A stretch of DNA of 64,000 nt. Source: Styela clava. Its lineage: Eukaryota. A program made the translations under genes and the position numbers. Each line of letters opens with the position of its first letter. The first letter of the stretch is position 1. The stretch spans positions 20,150,001 through 20,214,000 of the forward strand of contig NC_135251.1 of NCBI RefSeq assembly GCF_964204865.1, in the 5' to 3' direction. Under the pieces are notes generated by a model that was not told the origin of the DNA, ran no database searches, and saw only the letters and a list, made by a program, of their open reading frames with translations. This document shows, piece by piece, positions 12,331-27,159 of this stretch.

Positions 12331-15270
12331 ATGCCTAATACACTAACTAGTCATTTATTACCAATTTGTGTTTGTTCGTTTGTGTTTCCTTTTCTTCTCT
12401 TGAAAATAATGGACTATAATCCCGATACCGAACAATGGACACCATATTCAAGTGTTGATGTAAGTATACTGAATCAATAGTAACTCAATGCCCAACATGA
12501 GTGATCGTAGTAGAAGTAGATCATAAATAGACGACATATTTTCATAATTTCTTCCAAAAGGCAAGAGCGGAATAAAATTACTTGGAAAACAAACGTTTTT
12601 AGACCAAATCTTGTTCCGTTTTAATCATATCCCATATTTAACAGTAATAAACACCATTCCTTAGTTGATGGATATTTCAATAATAAGGAAACAAGTGATA
12701 AGTTGGTGATGTTGAGAGTTCTAAACGGTGCACCCAATCACCCTTTTTTCAACTTTTTTTGAGAGTTCCATTTTCGCTAGGATAGTTCAACTGAAATAAA
12801 TAGTCATCAATATATAATCATGGAATTACGAGTCGGTGATTTTATTAAATCTTTTTTTCTCAGTCTCAAAATCGAAGGCGAATGGAAATAATATTTATTG
12901 GGGGAATACATCGGAGTGGCACAACGTTACTAAGGACAATGCTTGATGCCCATGCTGATATTAGATGCGGCCCTGAGACTGTAGTGATCTGCGACGTACT
13001 GGGGGCGAGAGAGGCAATGGCAAAGTAAATAGTTGTTTGAGGGTTATAGCAATATGGCAAAATAAACCCCTGGAAACGTGTGAATATTATATAAACAAAG
13101 TAATATTTTTTAATTTTGTTGACGTCACCCCACACAAAACGTTAAATTCAAAAACGAATTCCCCCGAGCCCACAGAAAGTTTTGAAGAAATAAATAAAAG
13201 TAGCTTTCTAGCGACAACAACAATCATTAACCACTGACGATTTAAAAACAATTGAAAATTAACATTTTTTTTGTTGAGAAAAGCCATCTTGTCACAACAA
13301 CAAGAAACAATACAAAATGATCCATAAGTCCACTTCGTGTGCTTCGATATATATAGTTGATAAGTAGATAATGGCAAGCGCAACAAATTCAGTTTAATTG
13401 TAAAAATAATGCTATTACGAAAGAACGGATGGGGAAAGAATACAACATCTAATTGTGAAATATCTCCTTTTTCCACAGGACACCTATAACTGTTTCGTAC
13501 CTTTCCAAAATGGACCTATATCCTGAAATAACTGATAATGCTGTTGCACAATTTATTCTGGAAATAATAATTCGTCATGCGCCACCAGCTATTCATTATT
13601 GCAACAAGGACCCTCTACAAATGTTGCATTCAAAGTGAGAATCTTATAACGGTTAAATTACGAAAAAAAAAATATATATATATATCGAAGCCAGATCAGA
13701 ACTTCCCGAAATTTTGCAGTTAGTAAAAGAAGTTGATATTTTTCAACGGAAAATCTTTTCATTTCATAAAATGAATAATTAAGCATATTTGAATTAATGT
13801 TATCGCTCAAATTAGAGTAATCTAAATTCTAAAATATAGTGTTATGCATAATTAATATGCGCTCATTGCATTCGAATTATTATATCCTATTGATTTATAG
13901 TCTTCTATAACCGTTTTAGATATCTGCATTTTCTGTTTCCGAATGCAAAATTTGTTTTAATGATACGAGATGGAAGAGCAATGACCCATTCTATTATATC
14001 AAGGAAATTGAAATTATCTACATATAATATTGAGAGTTATAGGTATGTGAAATTGGTACGATAATTCTGATAACAAATCAGTTAGAGTGTAGAAATAACA
14101 GGATGAAAACTGCTTCTAAATGGGTAAAAATAACCTAAATATTGGAAAGATTTAAGCATTTCTAGCTAAGTGAAAACCAGATTGCGATCCAGAAATCCCT
14201 CCGTAAATATAAATTTAAATGAAATAGTTCATTTAGAGAAATCAGTTATAATTTCCCAGATCATCGTAGGTCTAGTTTAATCTTGCCTGTGATACCACAT
14301 TATTTATCAGTGTTTTACGGATCCTTTGTATATTTGATCCTAGGGAAACGTTATCGACGTGGAACAAGAATATAGAGAGAATGTATACGAAATGTATAGA
14401 ACTTGGAGAGACGATATGTCATTTGGTATATTACGAGCAATTAGTATTGCAGCCGGTGTCAACTACCAAGAACTTGTTTAAGTTTTTGGAAATACCTTGG
14501 AGTATCGCAGTTCTGCATCATGAAAAATATACAAACGAAAGTGATTTCTCAAAGCAAGTAAAATTAGAAAACAATATTAAGTACTAATGTGAAATTAAAT
14601 TAAATGCTTAGTGATCGTTTCTGATTGTTCATGTAATAGAGAAATCAACTGTATTATTTGTTATAAAAACAATAACGCTAGGAGTACTATGGTTTATTTT
14701 AATTTAAAACTATAAAAAAGTAAAACAAAATACTCTATTTTGACAGAACCGAAGTATCCACCGATCAAGTATCAAAACCTCTGTATTTGGCTGGACTCAC
14801 GCAATGGTTTGGTAACATTCCAGAAGATGTAGAAAGAGACATGATCAAAATTGCACCGATGCTAAGTGTTTTAGGATATAATCCAGAAGACAAGACTCCT
14901 AACTATGGAGAACCAGATGAGTTTGTCAAAGAAAAGGTTATAGTTATTATCTTCTTCCTCGTCACCATTCTCTTCCTTATCTTTTCTTTTTTTATTAAAT
15001 ATCATTCTCAGTAATTTATTTTTAATAAATAAGCAAATAACTTCAAATATCAAGGAAAATGGAAGACTAACATAACAAGATAAGGTCTGAATAATAAATG
15101 TTCTATTGTCAATTACGTTTGATAATAATTAGGTCACTTAAATTCTTTACTTCTCGCCTGCTTTCCATTTTTCTCATTTTCTAAACTGCTTTGTCAGTAA
15201 TAAATTAGTGATAACTGAATATATAACTTTACAGATTAAGAAAGAAAAGAAGAATACCATCACAAGTTGA
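12331..15270 (+). CDS. TPST-like sulfotransferase, clade B copy 1
   Basis: Exons 12331-12459 (TM anchor), 12864-13024 (IFIGGIHRSGTTLLRTMLDAHADIRCGPET), 13479-13634 (YCNKDP), 13920-14042 (MIRDGRA), 14344-14553 (GC donor), 14747-14936 (EVSTDQVSKP) and 15235-15270. All are in frame. Confidence 0.92.
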
Positions 15271-18200
15271 CGTTGTTATAATGGGCTGCACATTACTAAT
15301 AAACCTACATGTCAGTTATGAGAAGGAATCGGGCAAACCCCTTGTAATGATAAATCTTTTATGACGTGTTCAAAAGTTTTTTTTACGCAAAATAATTCAT
15401 GTTTATTGTTCTGGGAAGATCAATTCAAAGAACAGTCTTTTTTCTTGTAAGGATAATAAATAAAAAAGAAAGACTTTTGGCCGGGCGAAAAGAAAATCCG
15501 AGTAGGCCTTCAAAATTAAATATCAAATTAAATTTTATTATCGGAGGTTCGATTGACAGACATTAAGAATTCTACCTATAGGTGTATGGTGCCAGTACAT
15601 CACATACAATTCATTGATCAATTTATTTTGTTATTATTCTTGTTCTTAATTCTGATTTACTTATTTCATAATAAAAGCTATCATATACAGCAAATAAATT
15701 ATTAAAGAGATATTCGAATGATCATATGGTTGTCATATGAATGTAAGAAGCACTCATAGCTGAGTATGCTAAACTAATCATTAACGTATTTCATCACAAT
15801 TAAGTTCAGCTCTGAGGAGTTTAGTAAAATTTGGGTATTTGGTCAACGGCAAACAATTTGTTACACACTTATTAGTGTTACCATGTCTATTCCTCTGTTC
15901 ATTAATGAACAGAGTCAAAAATGGCTCAGTCTTGCTTCTATATTAAGAAATTCAACTAATTGATGCTCTGTGGTAAAGAAAATAAATTCTCTTTTGTGAA
16001 TATTGAAACTATTGCTTACTTAGATTTATGAATGAGGCATGTTTGATATAGGGGAGGGAAAAGAAATCTCAAATTTTAATTTCACGCTATGACAATGCTG
16101 TTGCGAATATTCAACTAGTTTAAGTAAATTTACGTTACTACCAACATTTTCAAGACATGTTTCAGGATGAATGCCTGTCACTTGCCCATCGAATCGTAGA
16201 CTTATTCACCGTCATTGATTTGTCAGAGTGCACAAGCTTAATAATGTTGGCAAAGCAATTAGGTATTTGATTAAATTTCAAAAAATATACAGTACATATA
16301 AATAATGATATATATAGACTTTTGTGCATAAATGGAAACTTGCAGAACCCTGACTGTACTGGCGAATTCCTAGGTTACCGTGTAGAGCCAATTGAAAATC
16401 ACTGTTTCATACAAACAAATAGCTGCTAAACTAAAAAAAATGAAAAACATAATAAAAAAATAGAAAGGATCAAATTGATGATCAGTTTTCCAGTCATAGT
16501 ATTCCCCAATGGCAGTCAGAAATTTGGTTTGCAGATTCAATCCTTTGAAGACGATAATTCAAGATGAACTCCTTCTATTTAGGCATGAATACACCTGCTT
16601 CAAATCAACGCTGTATGTTTAATGACTATTTGTAATTTATATGCTGCATGTGCACTTCCTTGGGCGCCGATTAGTTTTTGTGAATTTATTTTTCATTTAT
16701 TCCGGTACCTGCTACACTGTTTTATGCATAAATACCTAATATTTTAGATATTCTGTACAAGCTGAGACTAAACTACCGTTGTCAGGTAGCGGTAGCGAAC
16801 AAATGTCTTCATTTTCTAATTGTATAAATGTACAGTGTCAACTAGTTATCAATTATTTAGTGATGGGACACGCGGTGTCGCTATTGAATAGGAACGAATG
16901 AATCGAAACCACAGTTTCTGTTTTGAAGAATCCCTTATCTTTCGTCGCTGCGAACGATCGTTAAGTCGGCGGTCTCCGATCGTTATCTAGTTTAAGTTTT
17001 ATCAACTTTACATCCAATTCTAAATACTGTTCGTTCAACAATAATACACCTCGCTTTTTTTATTTCCAACTGAATAATATTTAGAACGTTGAAAAAAAAA
17101 TATCTAGATTTCATAGCAAACATCTAGACTTCAAATTTCACATCTAAATCTTAAATAAAACATCTGAAGTGGCAGCCCTGTTCAGGACACGCAGCAAAGC
17201 ATGTTTCTTCCGAGTAACCCAGTTGAAGCGGCAAATCACCCGTTCGTCTGCGTGTCGGTGCTCTATAATCGGATTTGATTCCCCGTGACTTCCCTTCCAC
17301 AGTAAAATTGTACGATTTCAGGGTTTAGAAAGTATATATTTTGACTCCTTGTCAGTTGGTTGTATGGTCGACGACAGCTTATCGTCTGTCGTTAAACGGC
17401 GACGAATAGCAACGATAGAGCCTCTATCCGACCCCTCAACACTTCAGACTCTTCAACGAGACCAACAATGTCTTTATTATCCAACGTACGATATAATACT
17501 TTACAATACAATATGATCGCAGTGGAATACGATTCTACACGATAGAAGAATACCTTATGATACGATAATTAATCACTGAATATTGAATTGCTTATACACT
17601 AATTACCAATGCATGAAAATGTTCTAATCTAGTGTGGAACTGTTCTCCACAGTTAGCAGTCTTTTCTGCTGAATTGCATCGTGAAACACTTAGCATTGGT
17701 GCAATTTTCAACAGATCTCTTACTACATATTCTGGAATATTACCGAATCATTACATTAGCCCACTCGATTACACAGGCATGGTTTTTGAGTGGCCAAAGT
17801 TATTCCAATAACAAAAAAATTAAATTATGGCATTACTGTAACAAAATCATGAAGAATGCCGAACAGAAATACATGCGTCGTTATCAAATACGTGTTTGCT
17901 GAAAAGTCTTACATCTTCCCATCTTGAAATTTTCCCTCCCAATTTGCAATATCGTTCATACCATTTGATGGCTGAACATACAAATATCGATTTTTTTTTG
18001 TACATTAAGTGAAATTTGTTCGTTGCTCTCAACAGATTATATATATTGGAAATTAACCCTCTCCTTCATCTATACTTTATCTAGAGAGAAACGTTGAAAT
18101 CACAAAAATAAAGAAACGTTTAATATTACCAATATACATTCAGTTGAATCTGAATACTATTTCATGCAATACATAGGTAAAATCAGGGTATTCACGATAT

Positions 18201-20888
18201 ATTTTGCAGTATAACTTAACTATTTTTTCTTAGGTTCCTAAAAACCTTTAAATCGGTCCCCAATGGAAAAAAAGTGGGACTGCAGACAGTGGTGGGATCC
18301 AATCTTTAAGAATTACGTTTCCTTTTTCTATGTGATTCAAGAGTCTTGCCGCATAATAACACAAATATATTCATGTAACCAAGGTCAGACTTCCTCAGAC
18401 ATGCACAGTTCTACTTAGTAGAATCTACTATAACAAGAACGCAGCTGCATGTATATTTAAACAATAAGTGTCAAACTATGGGAGTTTGCACGTTAATAGT
18501 CAATAACTGAAATGAAAGGTCATTGATGATATCTCTCTGTTTTAAATTTAATAGTTAAGGTCTAAACTAAACAATAGTGTTATGTGTTTCTCGACATTGG
18601 ATGATGCAGACCAGAAGGTCGTCTATGATGTGTTAGATATAATTCGGCGTATTTTCACTGTTGATGACTTACCTGGCCGTTCAATAAATAATTTAAACAA
18701 ATAATGAAAGGTTTTCAATTGCTCTAAACTTCCTTACTATTCATTGCTTGTGACTCATGTCCCATGGAGATGAATGAAATGTGATTCCTTGAGACTTAGT
18801 CCACTTTAACATGCCGAACCGCCAAATATAACACTGTTCGTTAACTGCGGCGCACGTTATACAACCATGTGCCGCAGTTGCCTAACGTCTAAAACAAAAC
18901 AAAAACGGATTCGCTGAATGCCCGATAACGGATTCGCGCCAACCCTCTGAATGCACCCTCGTTAGGTTTTGAATTTGATAGCGGCAAGGAGAGGGTTAAT
19001 TTTCAATATTTACTCTCTGTAAAGAGCAACTTCACTTAATGTACAAGAAAAAATCGATATTTGTTTTTTTCAGTCATCAAATGGTACTCAGTACGATATT
19101 TGGGGTAATTTCCAGGATGCGAAATCAAAGATGTTAGACTACAGACAGGAATTTGAGCAAGCCGCAACATGTATTTCTGATCGACATTTTTCATTTATTC
19201 GTCACAGTAATGCAATAGTTTGAGATTTTTTTGTTATTGTAATACCTTTGGCTACTCAGAGACCGCGCCGGTGTAATCGACCTAGCATATACTTTCCTAT
19301 TCAAGCTTATGAATTTCATGTATGAATGCCCAATACAAATATGCTAGTAGAGTCAATACCGCTCAGATTTAATAGTGTTGTATTTTGTAAAAAAGGGAAA
19401 ATGGCTTCACGATAAATGGTGAGGCAGAAACCTAATTAAAGCACCAATATTGAACTGCGATAGGTTATGTCTACTCGATTATCTCCAATATTTCTATACC
19501 ACGGAATCTAATTCTGATTGTGTGCGGTCGCTTAGTAACTTTGAAAATTTTGTTTTTGTTCATTGTTGACTAATGTAGCTAACTAACTAAAAGCGAGCTA
19601 CAATTTATTTATTCGCTGAACCGAGTTTGACGAACATAAGTGATTTTAGTATCTCAAAGAAAAATCAGGCAGAGATGAGGAAGAACAGCTGATATTGCCT
19701 TTATTCTTTTGCCTAAATTTATAAACATTTAAATGCATAAAGCACACATTAACGATCACAAAATTGAGTTGAAGGCAGGAATTTTTATTTGCGTGCGCCG
19801 TGAGTTTTTTCCCTGATTACTTGGCGGCACCCAATCAAAATGTTTGGGAACCGCTGCGCTTTTGAGTGTACTTCGCTTTCACATTATCCACATTTGTATC
19901 TACTTTTATCTGCTTTAACAATCTCATCACGACAACCATTATATCATGGATGGGCGCCCATTATCATTGCTCGCTCATTGTCAGCATTTGGTAACCCATA
20001 TTACAATAATAATTTCGCTAATTATTTGAATCTACTAACATTTGCACTCCTTTCAATGAAGACTAATATTTTATTTATGTCTTTGCATATGACGAATGCC
20101 ATATGGTTTCCTAAAACCTCTCTCATCAAATATGACAATCCAGATTCCGGTCTTTTCCGGTTTTGCAGAATCCGGTTTTAAGAATTGAATAATAAGCCTA
20201 ATTCGATTTTTGAATCCACATAATAATAATCACTAGAGAAAAAACTAATACCTTTGATACAGAATATATAAACTTTGAATGTTAGAAAATGATTACTGAT
20301 TTTATTTCTCTTTTTTTGAATAATCTGACTTAAAATGCTGAAACGCCACTAAGCTCAACACAAAATAGGTTATAAGTTGAAAAAAGTATGACACCTGGCA
20401 AAATTGGCGCACTCGTCGTCACTAAGTTAGTGACGATCTGCAATTAAACTAAAATAAAAATGATAGAAAGGGCATGATTTAAGCAGTTATCACTATTACA
20501 AATAGTAATAAAAATACCTTAGCGACAATTATTAGCACTTACCATTGAAGAGATTTTGTTTTGTTACAATGGATTTCAATGCAGAATTCTAAGAGGAATG
20601 CATTTTCTATACAACAAATTTATAATCCAACCATTGCTGATTCTATTCTCCCTTCGCGGTATTCACACTCGTTGATTAATATACGAGATTGTATTTACTC
20701 GGGTAAATTCGTAAATTGAATAGAACAGGCTAAATTTAGTTTTGAATCCTTGAATGGTTTAAACTTTAAACTATGAAAATTTTCCTCGTTTCAGTATTTT
20801 CAACGTTCTGGATTTGGCCGTAATCGGAGTAATTGCAAAATACAATTTTGAAAGAATTTTTCAACAGTTTTAAAAAATTATCATTGAA

Positions 20889-23800
20889 ATGCGTAATGCA
20901 CCAACTAGTCGGTTATTACTAATTTGTTTTTGTTCGTTTGTGCTTCCTTTTCTTCTTTTGCAAATATTGGATTATAATTCCGAGACCGAACAATGGACAT
21001 TATATTCAAGTGTTGATGTGAGTAAACTGAACTAGTAGTAACTCTTTTTTTTTCTCGTAAATCGGGGGTCGGCAACCTTTTGTCGCTCGCGGGCCAAAAT
21101 TACAGGTTGCAAGTCTTGAAGTGCCAGATGTTGAAATTAAAAAGACTGCGACAACTCGTGAACTCACCTTTTTCGTCTTACTAAATGAATTTATTGTGAC
21201 ACTTTTTGTTGCATTACGCTTGATAATAGCTTTTTTACATCAGGCGGCATGTTGGATGAAATAAAATTTGAAAAATTTCTAAATTGGCATCACTGATCCT
21301 GAGTTTGTAATGTTCATTTCAAAAATAATTGTTCGCACACACATTTACTTCCAAACTTTGATGGGAATTTTTTCGCATGGTTTGTCAAATTTGCACAGAG
21401 TTTTCCTTCAAAAAGATACTTTTTATAAAGATCAATCAGTGATACATCTCTCGAATAGAACATGGATTTTATTTCCACATTGCATTTATTTTTTTCTGCA
21501 CCATTGAACCCACTAAACCCACTAATTATAATTACACTGTGAGCTCATTAAACGAGTTCACTAAATTGATAGGTTATAATATAATCGTGAAAACAACCGT
21601 TTTGTCGCTATAATTTAGTGAAGTCTCGCGGGCCGGATTATATTACTCCGCGGGCCGCAGGTTGCCGACCCCCGTCGTAAATGTTTGCAACGGATCTTAT
21701 TTCTTCGCCAACGATGATAGCTGTCTACCTATGTTGAAATTTCTGTCTACGGTGAAGTATATGCTCATTTCAATTATTACAAAAAATGCCCAACAGAGGA
21801 GATCAAAGTAGATCATGTATAGACGACAAATCTTCGTAATTCCTTCCAATAAAATTGAGTAAGAACGGAATGGAATTCTTTGAAAAAAAAAACGTGTTTG
21901 GGTAAAATCTTGTTCCAATCTACCAAAGTGCCTACCCCTTCCACCAGAAACCGCACGTCGTTCGCACATTTTTTAGTCAACTCTTTTTATAATGATTTTT
22001 TTTTATTACATTCAAGCACGCGCCATATTTAGCATTAATAAGCACCATTCCTTAGTTGATGGATATTTCAATAATAAGGGCACGGTACAAAAAATAGTAC
22101 AAAATACCTTAGTTGATGGATATTTCAATAATAAGGGCACGGTACAAAAAATAGTACAAAAACGAACGCATCCTATTTTAATTGACGTATTGTCTGTCAG
22201 TTTGTGAGGATTGCGAGTATTTAACGGTGTACTCAATCACACTTTTTATCAAGATCTTTGAGAGGGTTGCGATTTCAGTGAGATAGAGCACTAAAAGTCA
22301 TTAATATTCAATCATGGAATAACGAGTCGGTGATTTTAATAATTCTTTTCTTGCAGCTTCGAAATCGAAGGCAAATGGAAATAATATTCATTGGAGGAAT
22401 GCATCGCAGTGGCACAACATTGCTAAGAACAATGCTTGATGCCCATGCTGATATTAGATGTGGCCCTGAGACTGCAGTGATCTGCGACGTACTGGGGGTG
22501 AGAGAGGCAATGGCAAAGTAAATAGTTGTTTACAAGTAATAGTAATTAGGCAAAATAAAACACTGAAAACGTGTGAATATCATATGAACAAGTGATTTTT
22601 TTAAATTTTGTTGACGTCACCACAAAAAAACGTGGAAAAACGATTCCCACATATCCCGTAGGAAGTAGCAAAAGTAATAGCCTTCTAGCGACAACAACAG
22701 TCTTTAACCGCTGAAGTTTCAAATCAATTGGTCCGGTAGTTAATGAGAAAACAATCCATAGGTCCGCTTCGTGTTCAAAAATTGATATAATTTTGATTGG
22801 CAAGGAACAACAAAATAAGTTTCTTCAAAAAATAATGCTATTACGAAAGAAAGAATGTGAAAAGAATAAGACATCCGATTGTGCAATATCTCTTTTACCA
22901 CAGGGATCCAATGATAGTTTCACGCCTTTCAAAGACGGACCTATATCCTGGAATTACTGATAATGCTGTTGCACAATTTATTCTGGAAATAATAATTCGT
23001 CATGCGCCACCAGCTATTCATTATTGCAACAAAGACCCTCTACAAATGTTATTCTCAAAGTGAGATTGTATCTTATAACGGTTAAATTATGAAAAAAAAA
23101 ACATATTGAAGCAAGATCGAAACTAAATGAGGTTATTATTTTTTCAACAAAAAAGCTTTCTCATTTTATGAAATTAATAATCAGGCCTATTTGGATAACT
23201 GTTATCGTTTAAATTAGAGTAATCCGAAATATAGTGATATGCATAATCATTATGCTCTTATTACATTCGCATTGTTATATTTTATTTATTTATAGACTTC
23301 TCTAACAATTCTAGATATCTACACCTTTTGTTTCCAAACGCAAAATTTGTTTTAATGATACGAGATGGAAGAGCAATGGCCCATTCTATCATATCAAGGA
23401 AATTACAAATATATACATATAGCATTGAGAGTTATAGGTATGTGAAATTGATACGCTTATGACAGTATCAAATAAGTTGGAATTAAAACGGCTTCTGATT
23501 GGTTGTGATATAAAGGCGCACTTAAATACTGGTACGAGGATAAGCATTTCCAGCTAAAGTGAAAACCTGATCGCGATAGAAATTCCTTCCCTACATATAA
23601 CTCCAAATCAAATAGTTTATTTTGAGAATTTATTTTAATTTCCCAGATCATCGTAGGTCTAGTTTAATCTTGCCTGTGATACCACATTATTTATCAGTGT
23701 TTTACGGATTCTTTGTATATTTGATTCTAGAGAAACGTTATCGACGTGGAACAAAAATATAGAGAGAATGTATACGCAATGTATAGAACTTGGAGAGACG

Positions 23801-24698
23801 ATATGTCATTTGGTATATTACGAGCAATTAGTATTGCAGCCGGTGTCAACTACCAAAAACTTGTTTAAGTTTTTGGAAATACCTTGGAGTATCGCAGTTC
23901 TGCATCATGAAAAATATACAAACGAAAGTGATTTCTCAAAGCAAGTAAAATTAGAAAACAATATTAAGTACTAATCTGTAAAATTAATTCTGATGCCTAT
24001 TGATCGTTTCTGGTTTAACAGAGCAATCAACTATATTATTGGTTACAAAAACAATGACTCTATAAAAGTACTTATAGTTTATTCTAATTTAAAACAATAA
24101 AAAAGTTGAAAAATAAACACTCTATTACTCTTACTCTATTTTGACAGAGCCGAGGCATCCACCGATCAAGTATCAAAACCTCTGTATTTGGCTGGACTCA
24201 CACAATGGTTTGGTAACATTCCAAAAGATGTAGAAAGAGATATGATCAAAATTGCACCGATGCTAAGTGTTTTAGGATATAATCCAGAAGACAAGACTCC
24301 TAACTATGGAGAACCAGATGAGTTTGTCAAAGAAAAGGTTATAGTTATTATCTTCCTCCTTCCTCGTCATCGTCACCTTTCTCTTCCTTATCTTTCCTTC
24401 TTTTTATTTAATATCATTCTCAAGAATTTATTTCTAATGAATGAGCAAATAAGTTCACATATATATCAAAGAATATGGAAGACCAACATTACAAGCTAAG
24501 ATCTGAATAATAAATGGGTTGCACATGTTCTATTATCAAATACGTTTGATAATAATTTTGTCACTTAAAATCTTTAGTTCTGTTCTCACTTGCCTTCCTT
24601 TCTTTTCATTTAACTTATTTTTTAGTAATAAATTATTGATAACAAAATGAATAACTTTACAGATTGAGAAAGAAAAGAAGAATAACATCACAAGTTAA
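20889..24698 (+). CDS. TPST-like sulfotransferase, clade B copy 2
   Basis: Exons 20889-21017, 22357-22517, 22904-23059, 23315-23437, 23731-23940 (GC donor), 24148-24337 and 24663-24698. Exon sizes and phases are the same as B1. Confidence 0.92.
21063..21674. mobile_element. hAT (Charlie-like) MITE in intron 1 of B2
   Basis: TIRs CGGGGGTCGGCAACCT / AGGTTGCCGACCCCCG with a perfect 8-bp TSD TCGTAAAT (21055-21062, 21675-21682). The empty site is visible in B3 intron 1 (about 34860). Confidence 0.9.
22050..22161 (+). repeat. 57-bp direct tandem duplication in B2 intron 1
   Basis: CCTTAGTTGATGGATATTTCAATAATAAGGGCACGGTACAAAAAATAGTACAAAA occurs at 22050 and at 22107. Confidence 0.9.
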
Positions 24699-27159
24699 CG
24701 TTGTTACAAAGGGTTGCACATTAGTAATCACAGTACTTTGTCGTTACTTCATGTCAGTGTGATGAAATATCTTGATATCTTTGCAATATGTTAAAACCTA
24801 AATGTTACCTATAAAAAATAATTATCTTTGGTCGAAAGGAGATTATAATTACCAATATTGTTGTTTCATATCAATATATTCGTGTTTCCCATTTTGCTAG
24901 AGGTATATATAATCGCTCGGAAAATATACGGAAATTATTTAACATTTGATATTTATTGTTCGTTTACTTCAAACGTAACAAAATTTATCGCATATTAACC
25001 AATATTAAATAAATAGTATAATAATTGCCATATATATAAATGTATTGGGCCCTCAAACCTGAGAAAGCTAAACTAATCATTTGGTCAGAAATTGAAAATG
25101 CTAATTTTGAGTAGTTTATTCTCGCCGTGAGTATGATGTCTTGTCCGCCCACTTCCGTGGACTGCGAGCGACTTTTCGGTAACATCCCCTTTACGGAACA
25201 GGCTTGTTCCAAGAAATGTAGGAATTTTAACATTTTTGTACGTTAATCTGAAAAAATTACAGTTCGAATACTGACATTGCATATATCATATATTTGGTGC
25301 AAACGTTTTTGTGGGATGTATCACTCTGCTGATTTGTTTCATTCTGTTTTGTGATGTGATTTCATTGAGAATATAAGCCGTCTGAATAAATAGTCGACAA
25401 GTTTTTATCTCCTGAAATGTCTTACCAAGCAAGCAAGACAGGCGATGAAGTTTCTTCGCTGCGTAGATAGTTGGATAAAAGAGAGAAATAGAGAGAGAAA
25501 ATCGGCTGGAAATTCTCGTGGCAAAACAGAACGAAAAAGTTGAATTTCTCGTCGAATGCGCTATCAGTCCGCGAGTCACCATCGCGTGACGTATAATCTC
25601 CTTGACTCGGGTAAAATCATCGGAGGCTCGGGCCGAATCCGCGTATCAAATTACGAGAGATTCGGCCACGAATGCGAGCACGATAAACAAATAGTTGCTA
25701 ACCTAAAGAAAAGAAAACATATTAAAAAGTTAGGAAGCATCATATTGATGATTCGTATTCCAGTCATATTATTCCCCCACTGACAGTCAAAAATTTGGTT
25801 TGCAGATTCAATCCTTCGAACACGATAATTCAAGATGAACGCCTTCTATTTAGGCATGAATACACCTGCTTCGAATCAACGCAGTATGTTTATGACTATT
25901 TATATGCTGTGCACCTGATTGGGCGCCGATTAATTTAATGTGAATTTATTTTCTATTCATTCTGGTACCTGCTACACTGTTTATGCATAAATACCGAATA
26001 TTTTAGATATTCTGTACAAGCTGATACTAGGCTACCGTTGCCATGTACCTGTAGCGAACAATTGTCTTCATTTCCTAATTGTACAGTCTCAACTGAATTA
26101 CTTTACCTGGTTTTCTTTATCACTGTGCATCGTTACTACTTCACACTGTAACCACATGGGTGGCTAGGTCACCCTTGGAATTCTCTAAAGGCCTAAACTA
26201 CTATTCAGGACACGCAGCAAAGCACGTTTGCTCCGAAGTAAATCCAGTCGAAACGGTGAATCCGCCATTTGTCTGCGGTCTGATGGCTTTCGTAGCTAAT
26301 CTCTAATAACCATCTATTTCTATCTTAGTTAAATAATTCGGCAAAACCATACGGTACTCACCGCCAATAACAGTAGTTCAATATTCAAATTATCCGATCT
26401 TTTCAACTAGATATTAGAACTTTTGGTGTCACTGTTCGATAACCAGATTTGGTTCTCAGCGGCTTCCTTCCACTTAGGCCGTGGGACGAGGCCCTAACAA
26501 CGACTATAAAGAGAGTTTCGTAGCGCACATCTGGTAACTATATAAATTTCTTAGTTTTGTATAAATATGAACATACTGAACACAAAACCCCGATGCAAAA
26601 ATTGGACATAAGGGGATTCTCCGGAAAATCAATACCCATAATAGGCTTACAAAACAACACATCATAAAAACTATGCAGTTGAAGAGTCTTGCTGCACACT
26701 AACACAAATGTATTTCTGTAACGTTTCGTATGACTAAAATCAGACTTCCTCAGACAGGCAGTTTACAACAAAGAACAGCATAAAAAGTGTCAATTAATTT
26801 AATTAAAGCTAGCAAACGCACTCATTTTATGCAATGAAGTCACAAATTAACATCGTGAGCAAAAAAAAACACAAATAAATCGGTTATTTATCACTGAGAA
26901 ATTTACACGGAAAAGTCAAGAAAATTAAAGGAATACAGTACATAACATAGTGAACAAAAATATTACAATCAGCCTTTTTTCAATTTATGTGGTTGTGTAT
27001 TTGAAACAAATGCAATGTTATTTATAGAAACAGGACTTTCGACACTAACAGATGTCTGAGAAAAAACTAATAAATAATATTTATTAAATTAACTTCAATA
27101 TCTAATTCCCTTTCTTCTGAATTGCTTCCGAAAATTGACTTTTCCTCTGCAAATGTACT

